This document shows positions 54,851 to 64,000 of a stretch of DNA of 64,000 nt, piece after piece. Positions within the stretch are counted from its first letter, which is position 1, and every line of letters begins with the position of its first letter. The notes under the pieces are model-generated. The model made no database searches. It saw only the letters and a program-made list of their open reading frames with translations, and was not told the origin of the DNA. Both the position numbers and the translations under genes were made by a program. Origin of the DNA: a virus (lineage: Duplodnaviria; Heunggongvirae; Uroviricota; Caudoviricetes); IMG/VR virus record IMGVR_UViG_3300045988_158394; one strand, written 5' to 3'.

Positions 54851-55937
54851 TCGTATACAGAATGAACCTGCCTGGTTAGCACTGATAGAACAGTATAAAG
54901 ACAATTGGGAACTGGCAGCGAAAGAGTTGCTTGATATTGAGTTAACACCTCATCAAGCAAAAATTATTAACGCGATAAAGAACACCGGAGCCAAAGTCAC
55001 TGCCACCACACCACATGGTATTGGGGAAACCTCTATTGTGGCAGTGATTAGCATCCTGCAAACAATACTGTATTCGTGTTCCCGTACAGTGGTTGTTTCT
55101 CCTGCTATTAACGATAGTCGAAAAACAATAATTGACTATATGTTCCGTTATTGGGAGCAAGTTACCCAAAAACACCCTTTTCTTGGCAATCATTTCAGAA
55201 TGCACCCTGACAAAGGGTTGGTGCATATCAGTGAAATATGGGGATGCGTCTATATAACCTATTGTCTGAATAACGAAGTGTCTCTGGCTGGTTTTACTGG
55301 ACCGCACGATCTTTTCATCGTTATTAACTCGGCGGAAATCAGCGATCGCGCTCATGCAGTGATAACTGGCAATTTAACCAATTATGACTCGCGCCTGCTG
55401 TTGCTGTCGAAACCATCGGAACGCGAGAAAGGGTACTTTTATGATTCGCATCACCGGTTGGCCCATAGTAAAAACAATCCTGCTGGTTTTTTCACGGCGA
55501 TAACTCTAAACACAGAGGATTCACCTCTCGTTTCTGAAGCATATCTTGAATTCAAAGCCAAAGAGTTTGGTGGGCGCAATAGCGATGAATATAGCCGATT
55601 GATCTTGGGGAAATTTCCCGGGATTCGGGAGTTGATGGAAAAGTCATCTGTTCCCCGTAATATGCACTTCACAATGACTGACGGTAGTAAATGGGTAGTG
55701 CCTACGATCGTGATCGCCAAACACCATGCGAAACATCACGCTCAAAAACACAACTCCAGCACATTAGACTGGCTGAAGGCCTATACAATACCGTTATTCT
55801 CGGCAAACCATAACGCTATAGCTGAATGGGCTAAACAAATCCCCTGGCAGGATGTGGCTGAAGAGGCATTTGTCGAAAAACCACCAAGAGATTTGCACGA
55901 GCACTGTTGGCTGACATCAGAAAAGAGCTTCTCGTGA
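54843..55937 (+). CDS. Terminase large-subunit (PacB) paralog with degenerate ATPase motifs
   Basis: 364 aa, alignable by eye to PacB over about 250 residues (LLLLSKPSEREKGYFYDSHHRLA vs [22 protein letters not shown]); Walker A TTPHGIGETS, Walker B LFIVINSAEI; lacks the PacB C-terminal region. Confidence 0.6.
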   Translation: MTNRIQNEPAWLALIEQYKDNWELAAKELLDIELTPHQAKIINAIKNTGAKVTATTPHGIGETSIVAVISILQTILYSCSRTVVVSPAINDSRKTIIDYMFRYWEQVTQKHPFLGNHFRMHPDKGLVHISEIWGCVYITYCLNNEVSLAGFTGPHDLFIVINSAEISDRAHAVITGNLTNYDSRLLLLSKPSEREKGYFYDSHHRLAHSKNNPAGFFTAITLNTEDSPLVSEAYLEFKAKEFGGRNSDEYSRLILGKFPGIRELMEKSSVPRNMHFTMTDGSKWVVPTIVIAKHHAKHHAQKHNSSTLDWLKAYTIPLFSANHNAIAEWAKQIPWQDVAEEAFVEKPPRDLHEHCWLTSEKSFS

Positions 55938-55942
55938 GGTAA

Positions 55943-55970
55943 AAATCCCGCCGATTGGCGGGATTTCTTT
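55943..55970. terminator. Bidirectional terminator
   Basis: aaatcccgcc-gatt-ggcgggattt 10-bp stem. Confidence 0.65.
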
Positions 55971-56277
55971 AATATATGATCTGGTCTATATGATCACCAA
56001 AATCATCGTCGTCGTCCTCATCGCCACCATCTACAACAGGCCAATCAACAAACCAGCCAGCATAAAGATGCAGCGTTCGGAGAACATCACTTGCGGGAGC
56101 ATCAAGGGTGTTAACGAATCCCATATAGCTATTGGGATTTGCTCCAGCTATGGCTTCAGCGATCATGTCCTCGGTAATGTCACCGGAGATAATGCTTAAA
56201 CGCCCGGAAACTTCTTCATTATCATCAAATTCGATAATGGCATCTCCGCCTAATGGCGCTGCGATTTTAATCTGCAT
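55969..56277 (-). CDS. Acidic hypothetical protein, last gene of the dar operon
   Basis: 102 aa with C-terminal DGGDEDDDDDFGDH; start overlaps the ddrB stop. Confidence 0.4.
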   Translation of the reverse strand: MQIKIAAPLGGDAIIEFDDNEEVSGRLSIISGDITEDMIAEAIAGANPNSYMGFVNTLDAPASDVLRTLHLYAGWFVDWPVVDGGDEDDDDDFGDHIDQIIY

Positions 56278-59254
56278 TATTTAGCTCCTTTGCCACACCT
56301 AATAACAGTTCCAGCAATCCGTCACCATTCATCAGTGATGCGGCAGCGGCCTCTTTGTCATGATACAACTGAAGAGCCATAGAGAATACTTCCGTTGCTG
56401 ACGTTTTGGAAATGGTCGGTGATTTCTGCCGAATTTTCCCGGAGTTACTCACTGAGACTGGCGGGTATACCTTCGCCATATAAATATTACTCAATCGAGA
56501 TCTGAAGCACCATTCAGGCTTGCCACGCCCACCGATATTAACGAAAGATGGCTTATCTCCTTCAACATTGGCCTTCAGGAATGACCGGGCTTTCTCTAAC
56601 AAACCAGGGTTACTGTACTCAAGATGATGACCCAGCTCGTGCCACAGTGCACTTGCATTTTCATCGTTCAAATTGACAGCAACAACACCATTTAGATTTG
56701 CATATGCCCTTCCCTGGTGGTGAACCACTTTTGATAAGGTCGATATTTTCCCGCCGGTCAGGCGATAAATATCAGCAAGTTCCTTGCGCAGGTCTATCCC
56801 ACCATTCTGTCCAGCGCGGGCTTCTTCCACTTCTTCCGTGATAAAAGAGTCGGCCCACTCAAGAGCTTTTTCTTCAGATACGGATGAGTTTGCGATCGCA
56901 CTGTTCATGGCAGATAACACTTTCTCGTGGACCGAACCCATACTTCGCTGATTCATTTGCCAGCGTGTCTGCGGGTTATATGAGAATCGCTTAAGTAGTT
57001 GGTCAAGCTGCTCAAGTTCTTCTTCACTGACATACTTTTTAGCCTCACCAATAATGCCAGGGAGAATATTGCCGTTAGGATTAAACGCTCGCGAAAGGAA
57101 GAGTTTCAGCGCCCCCATGCCCTCCGATGCTTCAATATCACCAATAACCCGGTTAACAATGGCCGCACTCTTCGGATTAGCATCCGCCAACGCTCTGGCT
57201 ACAATTTGCAGGGACGATACGACCTCACGCTGCATATCCGTCCTGATCTCATCAATAAACTCTGGCGTTATGCCGTGCTCTTTAAGGATATCCCTGCCTT
57301 CCGCCGTTACCCCATCAATATCACCGACATGTTTATTAACCCGACTTTGCAATGCCTTAAATGCCTTCAGAATTCCACGGGCATCATCCGCTTTACTAAC
57401 GGCCTTCCTGAATGCTGGCAAGAAGTCTGAGTTAACCTCATTTTGTTGATCGGCCCACTGAATGGAGGCTTCTTTCATCTCGTCCAGAGTCAGATCACCC
57501 AACGCGGTATGGTCTGTGAATATGAGCGACAACCTCTGAACCATTTCTGCCAATGGTGATGCCGAATGCGCCGCGCTAAGGAATGCTTTCACCCTGGTTG
57601 GGCGAATGGAAAACCAGTCAATAGCTGGTGGCATATCTCCGTTTTTTATCGCCTGCGCTATCTCGTCAAAGCCATCGCGCCCAAGGGAGGATGCGTGATT
57701 TAACAAGCCGCGAAGTAACGAATTGCTGATACCGAATAATCGGCACCATTTTTTCACGTCGGCAACAGGCATTCGAACAAAATGCGCAAGCACTTGTACA
57801 AGCTGTTCATCCTGGGGATCTGTACGGGAAAGCAGCCTGATCAGATGAATAATGTCTTTGATGCCGGATGCCCGATGTAATAGCAAACTGGTATATGGAG
57901 CAACACCGTTGTAACTACCGCCGGAAACGGACTCGAAAAGACCGCCGGATATCCCTTGCATGCCTTCGTTTTCCAGTTCCTGAGACACCTGGCGAAGGAT
58001 ATCCTGTAACGACACATCACCACCGCCAAACATATCCCCCAGCGCCTGGCCCTGGTGCTGTAACTCATCATTGATACGTTGAGCCATCAATTTAAAGGCG
58101 GTGGCCATACGCTTCGCGCTACGGTTATTCGCGACGATGAACAACGCGAGAGCTTTCACTTCCGGGGCTGTTTCGCTGAACATATCCCCCTGAGCAATAA
58201 CATCGGTAATATGTTGGCCTGACTCCTTCGATTGCCTTACCAGGTCTACCGCATCTTTCAATGCCGCCAGCGCCTTTTTATCGAGACTATCCGCTGTCTC
58301 AATACCATCAACAATAGTTGTCACAGCCTGCTTGTGCGCTTCACCTGATAAAGCCTGCATCTGGACAAAATCATTGGCTGCCGCATTAAGCGCCGTCAGA
58401 ACATTACGCATATCTGGATCAGGTTCTTCTGCAACCATCCTTACTAGGCGCGCATCCTTATATGCCTTGGCAAAGATCGCGTTTTGTATACGGTCTACAA
58501 GTTGCCGTGTTGGTCGCCCATCTTCCGTTACAAGGCCAGCAGCCTGTGTGGCACCAACTTGCGTCATGAATCCGCGGATAAACGCGTCATTACTGCGGCT
58601 AAGCAGATCTCCGCTTTCTGACGGGTTAAACAGCGCCATCATCGCCGAAGTTATGTTGTCGGCATCAACAAAAGCCTTTTCACTGGCTGCCATTTCCTGA
58701 AGATCAGAAATATTTGAGTCCTTGGCAAACTGAACGCGGTCAACCTTAGTTAACCGGCGGCGCACCAGTACCGGGGCCGTCATTGATTCAACCTTTTCAG
58801 GTCGTATGCCGAATTCGGTCGCATGTTCAATCAGATACTCCCGATACCGATCCGCATTGCCGTCCTGATAGGCTTTAATGATCCCCATGGTCCGTCCATT
58901 ACCCGACTCAACGGCATTGTCCTCACCAATTATCGGCGCGCCATGGCTGGATAAACCGGAATCGGTAAGCTGAGCAGGTCGCAAATCTTTGGATATCTGG
59001 TTAACCTGAAGAAGGCTGGATGCGCGGGTCCGGTCGCGCGGCTGAAGTTCCTGGGGATAGTCCGGATTAATTTTCCCGTCCAGAGTATTGGATACCAAAA
59101 GAGCCGAGGCATCGACGATATCAAACGCTGTTTTTACCTCGTCTCCCTTCGCTGTCACCACATACGAAACCCGCCCATAATCGGGCAGGTTCTTTAGCAG
59201 CTCGATCAGCGTTTCTATGCTGGTGGCCATAACCACCTGATCGCTTAAGCTCAT
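56267..59254 (-). CDS. ddrB: DdrB-like Dar-operon protein
   Basis: 995 aa, directly downstream of ddrA/darA on the minus strand; name by synteny. Confidence 0.55.
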   Translation of the reverse strand: MSLSDQVVMATSIETLIELLKNLPDYGRVSYVVTAKGDEVKTAFDIVDASALLVSNTLDGKINPDYPQELQPRDRTRASSLLQVNQISKDLRPAQLTDSGLSSHGAPIIGEDNAVESGNGRTMGIIKAYQDGNADRYREYLIEHATEFGIRPEKVESMTAPVLVRRRLTKVDRVQFAKDSNISDLQEMAASEKAFVDADNITSAMMALFNPSESGDLLSRSNDAFIRGFMTQVGATQAAGLVTEDGRPTRQLVDRIQNAIFAKAYKDARLVRMVAEEPDPDMRNVLTALNAAANDFVQMQALSGEAHKQAVTTIVDGIETADSLDKKALAALKDAVDLVRQSKESGQHITDVIAQGDMFSETAPEVKALALFIVANNRSAKRMATAFKLMAQRINDELQHQGQALGDMFGGGDVSLQDILRQVSQELENEGMQGISGGLFESVSGGSYNGVAPYTSLLLHRASGIKDIIHLIRLLSRTDPQDEQLVQVLAHFVRMPVADVKKWCRLFGISNSLLRGLLNHASSLGRDGFDEIAQAIKNGDMPPAIDWFSIRPTRVKAFLSAAHSASPLAEMVQRLSLIFTDHTALGDLTLDEMKEASIQWADQQNEVNSDFLPAFRKAVSKADDARGILKAFKALQSRVNKHVGDIDGVTAEGRDILKEHGITPEFIDEIRTDMQREVVSSLQIVARALADANPKSAAIVNRVIGDIEASEGMGALKLFLSRAFNPNGNILPGIIGEAKKYVSEEELEQLDQLLKRFSYNPQTRWQMNQRSMGSVHEKVLSAMNSAIANSSVSEEKALEWADSFITEEVEEARAGQNGGIDLRKELADIYRLTGGKISTLSKVVHHQGRAYANLNGVVAVNLNDENASALWHELGHHLEYSNPGLLEKARSFLKANVEGDKPSFVNIGGRGKPEWCFRSRLSNIYMAKVYPPVSVSNSGKIRQKSPTISKTSATEVFSMALQLYHDKEAAAASLMNGDGLLELLLGVAKELNNAD

Positions 59255-59266
59255 CCCTGTTACGCC

Positions 59267-59632
59267 TTATGCTGCCTCTTTAATGTTGGCGGCTATCCAT
59301 GCCGCCGTGTGCTGTTTAACCTGGTCCAGGTCGATGTATGTGCCAACATATTGACTCAAGTCCTGCAAGGTACCGATAAATGCATCTGTGCTCTGATCGA
59401 CGAATTTATCAGCCAGGAAATCAGCAACCAGTTTTGGCACACCATCATGTACCGAAGGTTGTTTTTCCTCGCCACTACTGCCGCCGGACGCGCCGTACCC
59501 CATCTGTTGCATGATCTGGTCAATTTCATCGCTGATATCCAGCAACTCCATGCCACTCGCGGTAGCCGCTTTGGACATCAGAGCATCCAACTTATCGCTG
59601 AGATCCATTAACTCAATAGCTGATAGTGTCAT
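59267..59632 (-). CDS. ddrA: DdrA-like Dar-operon protein
   Basis: 121 aa, start overlaps the darA stop. Confidence 0.5.
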   Translation of the reverse strand: MTLSAIELMDLSDKLDALMSKAATASGMELLDISDEIDQIMQQMGYGASGGSSGEEKQPSVHDGVPKLVADFLADKFVDQSTDAFIGTLQDLSQYVGTYIDLDQVKQHTAAWIAANIKEAA

Positions 59633-61548
59633 GCCGCTACCCCCGCTTTCTGGATTGCTACCAGCAGATCAGCCAGGTGGCGAGCAGCGCCATTAACCAG
59701 CTCTTCGTTTTCCTCAAAACGCCCGGCAGCCTGAAGGGCTGCAATCGCTTCCCGGACATTACCCCGGGCATTACGGATCTCCGCCATGTCAGTGCTTTTC
59801 ATATCCATCACGTTATTGAGATATTCAATGGCTTTATTAGCCTCTGCATCTGCTTCGCTAACCGTTTCATCAGGCTGTGCCGGGGCCGGTTCTGGCTGAG
59901 TAATCTCACCGACTTCGGCCTGCAATGCATTGATCATGCTCTGCACCATTTTCTCGGTGCCAGCTCCCCCAGGAAACGCAATATTGGGGAAAGTTTTTTG
60001 AAACTGAGTTTTCAGCATTACGCGGAACTCGTCTGGTGAGCTGGTGGCCAGCTCCAGAGCTTTTTGTGCATATTTGCCAAACGGACCATTAGTAAGTGTC
60101 TTCGCCAGGAAGTCGAAAGAATCCTCGCGAGGCAATAACTTCAGGTCGTACTCACTCATTTGCTGATCAGAAAGCGGGGTATCGTAAGTAGCAATGCCGT
60201 AGCGTGCATATTCATAATACGGGTCACCTTCATCAGGGCGCGGCAGAATCGCTTTGTTACCTTCAGGTATTGCGCCAGGGGCCGCCGGACGCATTTGCAG
60301 GGCATATCGATATGCACCTACAGAGACTTCTGGTTCAGGCGAAGAGCTACCGGTATCCTCCGCTGGTTCAGGTTCGACGTTTTCCGGTTTATGTTCTTCT
60401 GGTTGGACCAGATATTCCGATACATTACCCGCTTTATAGGCTTTAAACAGCTTGCCGATCGCATCTGCCATGTCCACACCCTGTATGGATTTAGCCTTGA
60501 TCATGTATACGCTGCCATCCGGATCGGTTAACTGGATATACCCTTCGCCATCCCCAATGAATTGCTTCATTGATGCACCATTACTGAGCGTCGCTTCCCC
60601 GTCCATATGCATACGATTTTTGATACTGGCAAGGCGATCCGTCAGCGCGCGAGAGTGCCCACCAGTCATCCCCGCTGGAGCAATGGTATCGCGCCCACCA
60701 GTGCGATTGAGCTGATCAATCTCCGTCTGCAAACGCTCATTCTCTTCATAAAGAGAATCCGCTTCCGATGCAACAGCGTTAATTTTCTGCTCCAGATCTG
60801 CCTTCTGCCCTTCTACCGCTGCCACCTGATCCGCGAGGTCGCTCATGGCATCCTCTTTCTGGTCACTGTCAGCCTGTAGTTGGGTTATTTCATCAACAAG
60901 GGCTTTTTTCTTCTTCTGCGCACGCTGGAATTTTGCCGAGTTTTTCTCTGCAAGGTTGGCAAGTTTCATGGTGACCTGCGCCAGCGTCATATCACGTCCA
61001 CTCATCGGAGCAACGGTGTGAGTAACGTCTTTTTTATTCAGTAAGAACTGGAAAGCAACCAGCGTATCGCTATTGGTGATCCGGTTTTCCGCTGTCGGGC
61101 TATGAAACAGAATGCTGATAGTCTGACCATCACTGAGCGGAATAATGGCTGGCAGGACCGGCAGCCCGTTAACGTTACGTGCCCGGCCAATTTCAGCGCC
61201 GCCGATCGCGCGCGCGCCGCTCTGGGCCACATCCCCCGTTTTATCACTCCCCGCAGAGATTCCGGTACCATTCAGCTTCTGGTTCAATGCCCGGACAAAT
61301 GCCTGCATGGTCCGGTGTAACTGCAAACGAGTAGAACTAATCGCCTCCAGTAAATCCGTAGCACACCAGTGGATCGGCGTGTCATAGAAGAACGTAGCCT
61401 CGATTTCCTCCAGGGTGTTGGATTCCGTCATCAGATAGCGGTCCTCACCGGCCATTAATGCGCGATATTCATCATCAGTCACTGGCGGGGGAAGCACGTC
61501 AAGCCCAGGCTTGATCGTCACCCCTTTATTGATATTGAACTGTTCCAT
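59629..61548 (-). CDS. darA: DarA antirestriction protein precursor
   Basis: 639 aa between hdf and ddrA; coiled-coil central region. Confidence 0.65.
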   Translation of the reverse strand: MEQFNINKGVTIKPGLDVLPPPVTDDEYRALMAGEDRYLMTESNTLEEIEATFFYDTPIHWCATDLLEAISSTRLQLHRTMQAFVRALNQKLNGTGISAGSDKTGDVAQSGARAIGGAEIGRARNVNGLPVLPAIIPLSDGQTISILFHSPTAENRITNSDTLVAFQFLLNKKDVTHTVAPMSGRDMTLAQVTMKLANLAEKNSAKFQRAQKKKKALVDEITQLQADSDQKEDAMSDLADQVAAVEGQKADLEQKINAVASEADSLYEENERLQTEIDQLNRTGGRDTIAPAGMTGGHSRALTDRLASIKNRMHMDGEATLSNGASMKQFIGDGEGYIQLTDPDGSVYMIKAKSIQGVDMADAIGKLFKAYKAGNVSEYLVQPEEHKPENVEPEPAEDTGSSSPEPEVSVGAYRYALQMRPAAPGAIPEGNKAILPRPDEGDPYYEYARYGIATYDTPLSDQQMSEYDLKLLPREDSFDFLAKTLTNGPFGKYAQKALELATSSPDEFRVMLKTQFQKTFPNIAFPGGAGTEKMVQSMINALQAEVGEITQPEPAPAQPDETVSEADAEANKAIEYLNNVMDMKSTDMAEIRNARGNVREAIAALQAAGRFEENEELVNGAARHLADLLVAIQKAGVAA

Positions 61549-61549
61549 G

Positions 61550-62161
61550 TTAATTTCCTGCTTTCAGTTGCTTAAGACGACGTTTGAGTTCGCCATTCCG
61601 TGCCTTTTCGTTATTGAGTCGGCCCGTCTCCTTATCCAGCTTCGCCCGCAAATCAGTGATCTGCTGTTGATTGAAAGACACCGAATTCTGCGCGGACTTA
61701 TAAGCGGCAACCACCTGAGCATTCCGCTGTTTTGCTTCTTGCAGGCGCTGAAAGTTGGATTTAACTGCCGGTTTCTTGTCTACCGGATTGGCAACACGCT
61801 TCGCTTTGGCGATCAGTGATTTCTGGAATTTTGCGGAGTTTTTGCGGGCCGCCTGTCCCATGACGGTACCAAGCGTCTTGATATCCGGCGACTGAGCGTT
61901 AGGAATAGCTTTTCCATTCAGCTTCACAGACGATATATCGCCAGTATCGTTTACCTGTATGGCAAGAATTTGTCCGTCGTTAAGAACCAGCTTTGCGGTT
62001 TTAACTTTAACGCCATCTTTCGTTGTTGCGCGGTTGCTGGAGTCAACCTCAATTACCGTAACACCGGTTTTATTGATCGCCGCGATAAGGGATTTCAGCC
62101 CCTTTTCATTAACCTGGTCAAAATCGACCGTTGCATACTTATTTTTCGTCATCTGACACAT
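61550..62161 (-). CDS. hdf: Hdf-like head-size/Dar-incorporation protein
   Basis: 203 aa immediately upstream of darA, basic C-terminal coiled coil. Confidence 0.5.
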   Translation of the reverse strand: MCQMTKNKYATVDFDQVNEKGLKSLIAAINKTGVTVIEVDSSNRATTKDGVKVKTAKLVLNDGQILAIQVNDTGDISSVKLNGKAIPNAQSPDIKTLGTVMGQAARKNSAKFQKSLIAKAKRVANPVDKKPAVKSNFQRLQEAKQRNAQVVAAYKSAQNSVSFNQQQITDLRAKLDKETGRLNNEKARNGELKRRLKQLKAGN

Positions 62162-62582
62162 CCTGTGCGAGATTTATTACGTAACTTCTGCGGATTTGCT
62201 GAGTAACAGGGAAAATCCGATACAACGGGTTAATGAACGAGTCGCCATGCGTAACCATGACGTTGAAATGCCACAGTCGCTCTCCTTTACCCATATATTC
62301 AGTGGGTATGTACAACCATTCACTGTTTTCGCCCTGTTCAGCCGACGTCAGACAACGTTGTTCGCCTTCAATCACTGTCGTCGGCTTCTGAACATCGCGG
62401 ATCCAATATCTGACCGTTGCGCCGCGCAAAAACGGGAATTTAGACCGGTATTTGAACGGCACCCGGATGAAACCCGGTTTAATTTCCACATCACCAAGTT
62501 CTAAATGCGTGATGTCCTTGCGTTTTAGCAAATAGCGATCGGCTAAGGCTAACGCAAGAACGCATACACCCCAGCCAATCAT
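62139..62582 (-). CDS. lydB: LydB-like holin antagonist
   Basis: 147 aa with an N-terminal membrane anchor, downstream of the holin. Confidence 0.5.
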   Translation of the reverse strand: MIGWGVCVLALALADRYLLKRKDITHLELGDVEIKPGFIRVPFKYRSKFPFLRGATVRYWIRDVQKPTTVIEGEQRCLTSAEQGENSEWLYIPTEYMGKGERLWHFNVMVTHGDSFINPLYRIFPVTQQIRRSYVINLAQDVSDDEK

Positions 62583-62908
62583 TTTCCGCCTCCCTTTTTC
62601 ACCAAACTTGTAAGAACATTCAGAATGCTATCGATATTCACTCGTTTCATCCCTGAAATCACCTCATGACCGTTATTGCTGGCTATCGTTACCATTAAGT
62701 ACGTAATTGATAACTCCCAGCCCTCGTGTTGCCCCAATAGGTACGCCACCGCGCCAGCTGTCACTGCAACAAAGATCTCCGTAACCAATCCCAACAAATT
62801 GCCAGACTGGCGACCGTCTCGGACATCCATCAGGAACGTGCCTATCCCACCAATTACTGAAAGCAGGAGCGCAATAGCAACTGGAGCTAATTCCTGTGTG
62901 TCAAGCAC
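62579..62908 (-). CDS. lydA: LydA-like holin
   Basis: 109 aa with two or three hydrophobic segments and a basic C-terminus (KKGGGK). Confidence 0.55.
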   Translation of the reverse strand: MLDTQELAPVAIALLLSVIGGIGTFLMDVRDGRQSGNLLGLVTEIFVAVTAGAVAYLLGQHEGWELSITYLMVTIASNNGHEVISGMKRVNIDSILNVLTSLVKKGGGK

Positions 62909-62975
62909 AAGTTCCCTCCTACGTTGTCAGGAGGTAATGGTATGCAAAGTAACTTCTCAACCGGTCATTTGTTGC

Positions 62976-63257
62976 TTAAGAGGCATTTCTATTGAGGTAC
63001 GAATCGATAATCCTTTGTAACTTTTCAAGAATGAGCCTGTTATTGATGCTGCAAATAATAGTCACGCAATTCTGAAGACTTTCATCCATACCCTTATATT
63101 CCGCGAAATACATGCCTATAAAGCCTGCAAGTACGGCAGCAATACACTCGGCCATCAATTGCCTGCATGACGCTTCGTAACGTTTTTCACGAACCCCATT
63201 CAGAAACGAATGCACCCCGCCAAGGATGGAGAGGAGCATTATTGTGAAATCACACAT
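62976..63257 (-). CDS. Holin-like small membrane protein
   Basis: 93 aa with two hydrophobic helices; first gene of the lysis/dar transcription unit. Confidence 0.4.
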   Translation of the reverse strand: MCDFTIMLLSILGGVHSFLNGVREKRYEASCRQLMAECIAAVLAGFIGMYFAEYKGMDESLQNCVTIICSINNRLILEKLQRIIDSYLNRNAS

Positions 63258-63384
63258 AACTATTTCCTTAATAGTGAATTAAATATCATTGGGAAACGGT
63301 ATGTACTTTGTGATTTCCACACATACTGGTTTTTGTTAATTAAAATCCGCAGCTTGCTATAAATAACGATAGTGAGCAGAAAAT

Positions 63385-63945
63385 ATGCTAATAGGCTATG
63401 TACGCGTATCAACAAATGAACAAAACACTGCTTTACAACGAAACGCTCTTGAAAGCGCAGGATGTGAGCTAATTTTTGAGGACAAGGCGAGCGGCAAAAA
63501 GGCTGAGCGCCCTGGGTTAAAAAAGGTACTCCGTATGCTTTCCAGAGGTGATACCCTGGTCGTATGGAAGTTAGACCGTCTTGGGCGCAGCATGCGTCAC
63601 TTAGTTGTGCTGGTGGAAGAGCTGCGTGACAGAGGCATTAACTTCCGGAGTCTCACTGACTCCATCGACACCAGTACACCAATGGGGCGCTTTTTCTTTC
63701 ACGTAATGGGGGCGCTGGCAGAAATGGAACGTGAGCTTATCGTTGAACGTACACGCGCTGGACTTGATGCAGCTCGCGCAGAAGGTCGTATAGGTGGGCG
63801 TCGGCCTAAATACCAAGAAGAAACATGGCAGCAAATGCGGCGATTGCTGGAGAAGGGCATCCCCCGTAAGCAGGTTGCAATCATCTATGATGTGGCTGTT
63901 TCCACGCTTTATAAGAAGTTTCCGGCGTCATCATTTCAATCCTAA
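63385..63945 (+). CDS. cin: Cin serine invertase (resolvase/invertase family)
   Basis: 186 aa; MLIGYVRVSTNEQN catalytic-Ser N-terminus and C-terminal HTH. Confidence 0.92.
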   Translation: MLIGYVRVSTNEQNTALQRNALESAGCELIFEDKASGKKAERPGLKKVLRMLSRGDTLVVWKLDRLGRSMRHLVVLVEELRDRGINFRSLTDSIDTSTPMGRFFFHVMGALAEMERELIVERTRAGLDAARAEGRIGGRRPKYQEETWQQMRRLLEKGIPRKQVAIIYDVAVSTLYKKFPASSFQS

Positions 63946-63963
63946 ACCTTGGTTTAAGAGAAC
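63938..63963. other. cix crossover site at the boundary of the invertible C segment
   Basis: caatcctAAACCTTGGTTTaagagaa with the AACC-TT-GGTT dyad typical of gix/hix/cix, overlapping the cin stop. Confidence 0.55.
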
Positions 63964-64000
63964 TCGGTACCAGCGGTGAAAAGATCCCCCTGTTGAGCAC

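Noticed and set aside
56999-57449. Plus-strand ORFs of 131-143 aa inside ddrB
   Set aside because: Antisense to the 995-aa ddrB frame; Arg/Ser-rich composition; no RBS

Overview
The window is almost entirely the genome of a P1-like (Punavirus-type) temperate phage / phage-plasmid of Enterobacteriaceae. Anchors read directly from the sequence are a perfect 34-bp loxP followed by cre, the C1 repressor with coi, about 15 copies of the 17-bp C1 operator (ATTGCTCTAATAAATTT and variants), pacA with its internal 4+3 TGATCA/G pac site, pacB, phd-doc, humD behind a LexA box, hot, the dmt double methyltransferase, a tRNA cluster, ban helicase, a minus-strand baseplate block, the 2255-aa darB, prt-pro, SAR lysozyme, ssb, the darA antirestriction operon, lyd lysis genes, and cin with cix at the window end. 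Gene names are assigned by synteny with P1 as I remember it and by motifs; no database search was run. Coordinates of hand-called features (tRNAs, operators, terminators, small ORFs) may be off by 1-2 bp. The most interesting locus is at 40.7-42.0 kb: a single AT-rich gene for a 434-aa SIR2-like protein sits where P1 carries its res-mod restriction cassette, with no known partner gene, making it a candidate standalone anti-phage defence gene. Other departures from my recollection of P1 are an ImmI-like module (operator, structured RNA, icd-like ORF, antirepressor) between pacB and c1, extra tRNA-like elements, an ATPase-dead PacB paralog where P1 carries IS1, and several unannotated small membrane-peptide ORFs. 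No CRISPR array, transposase or rRNA was found.
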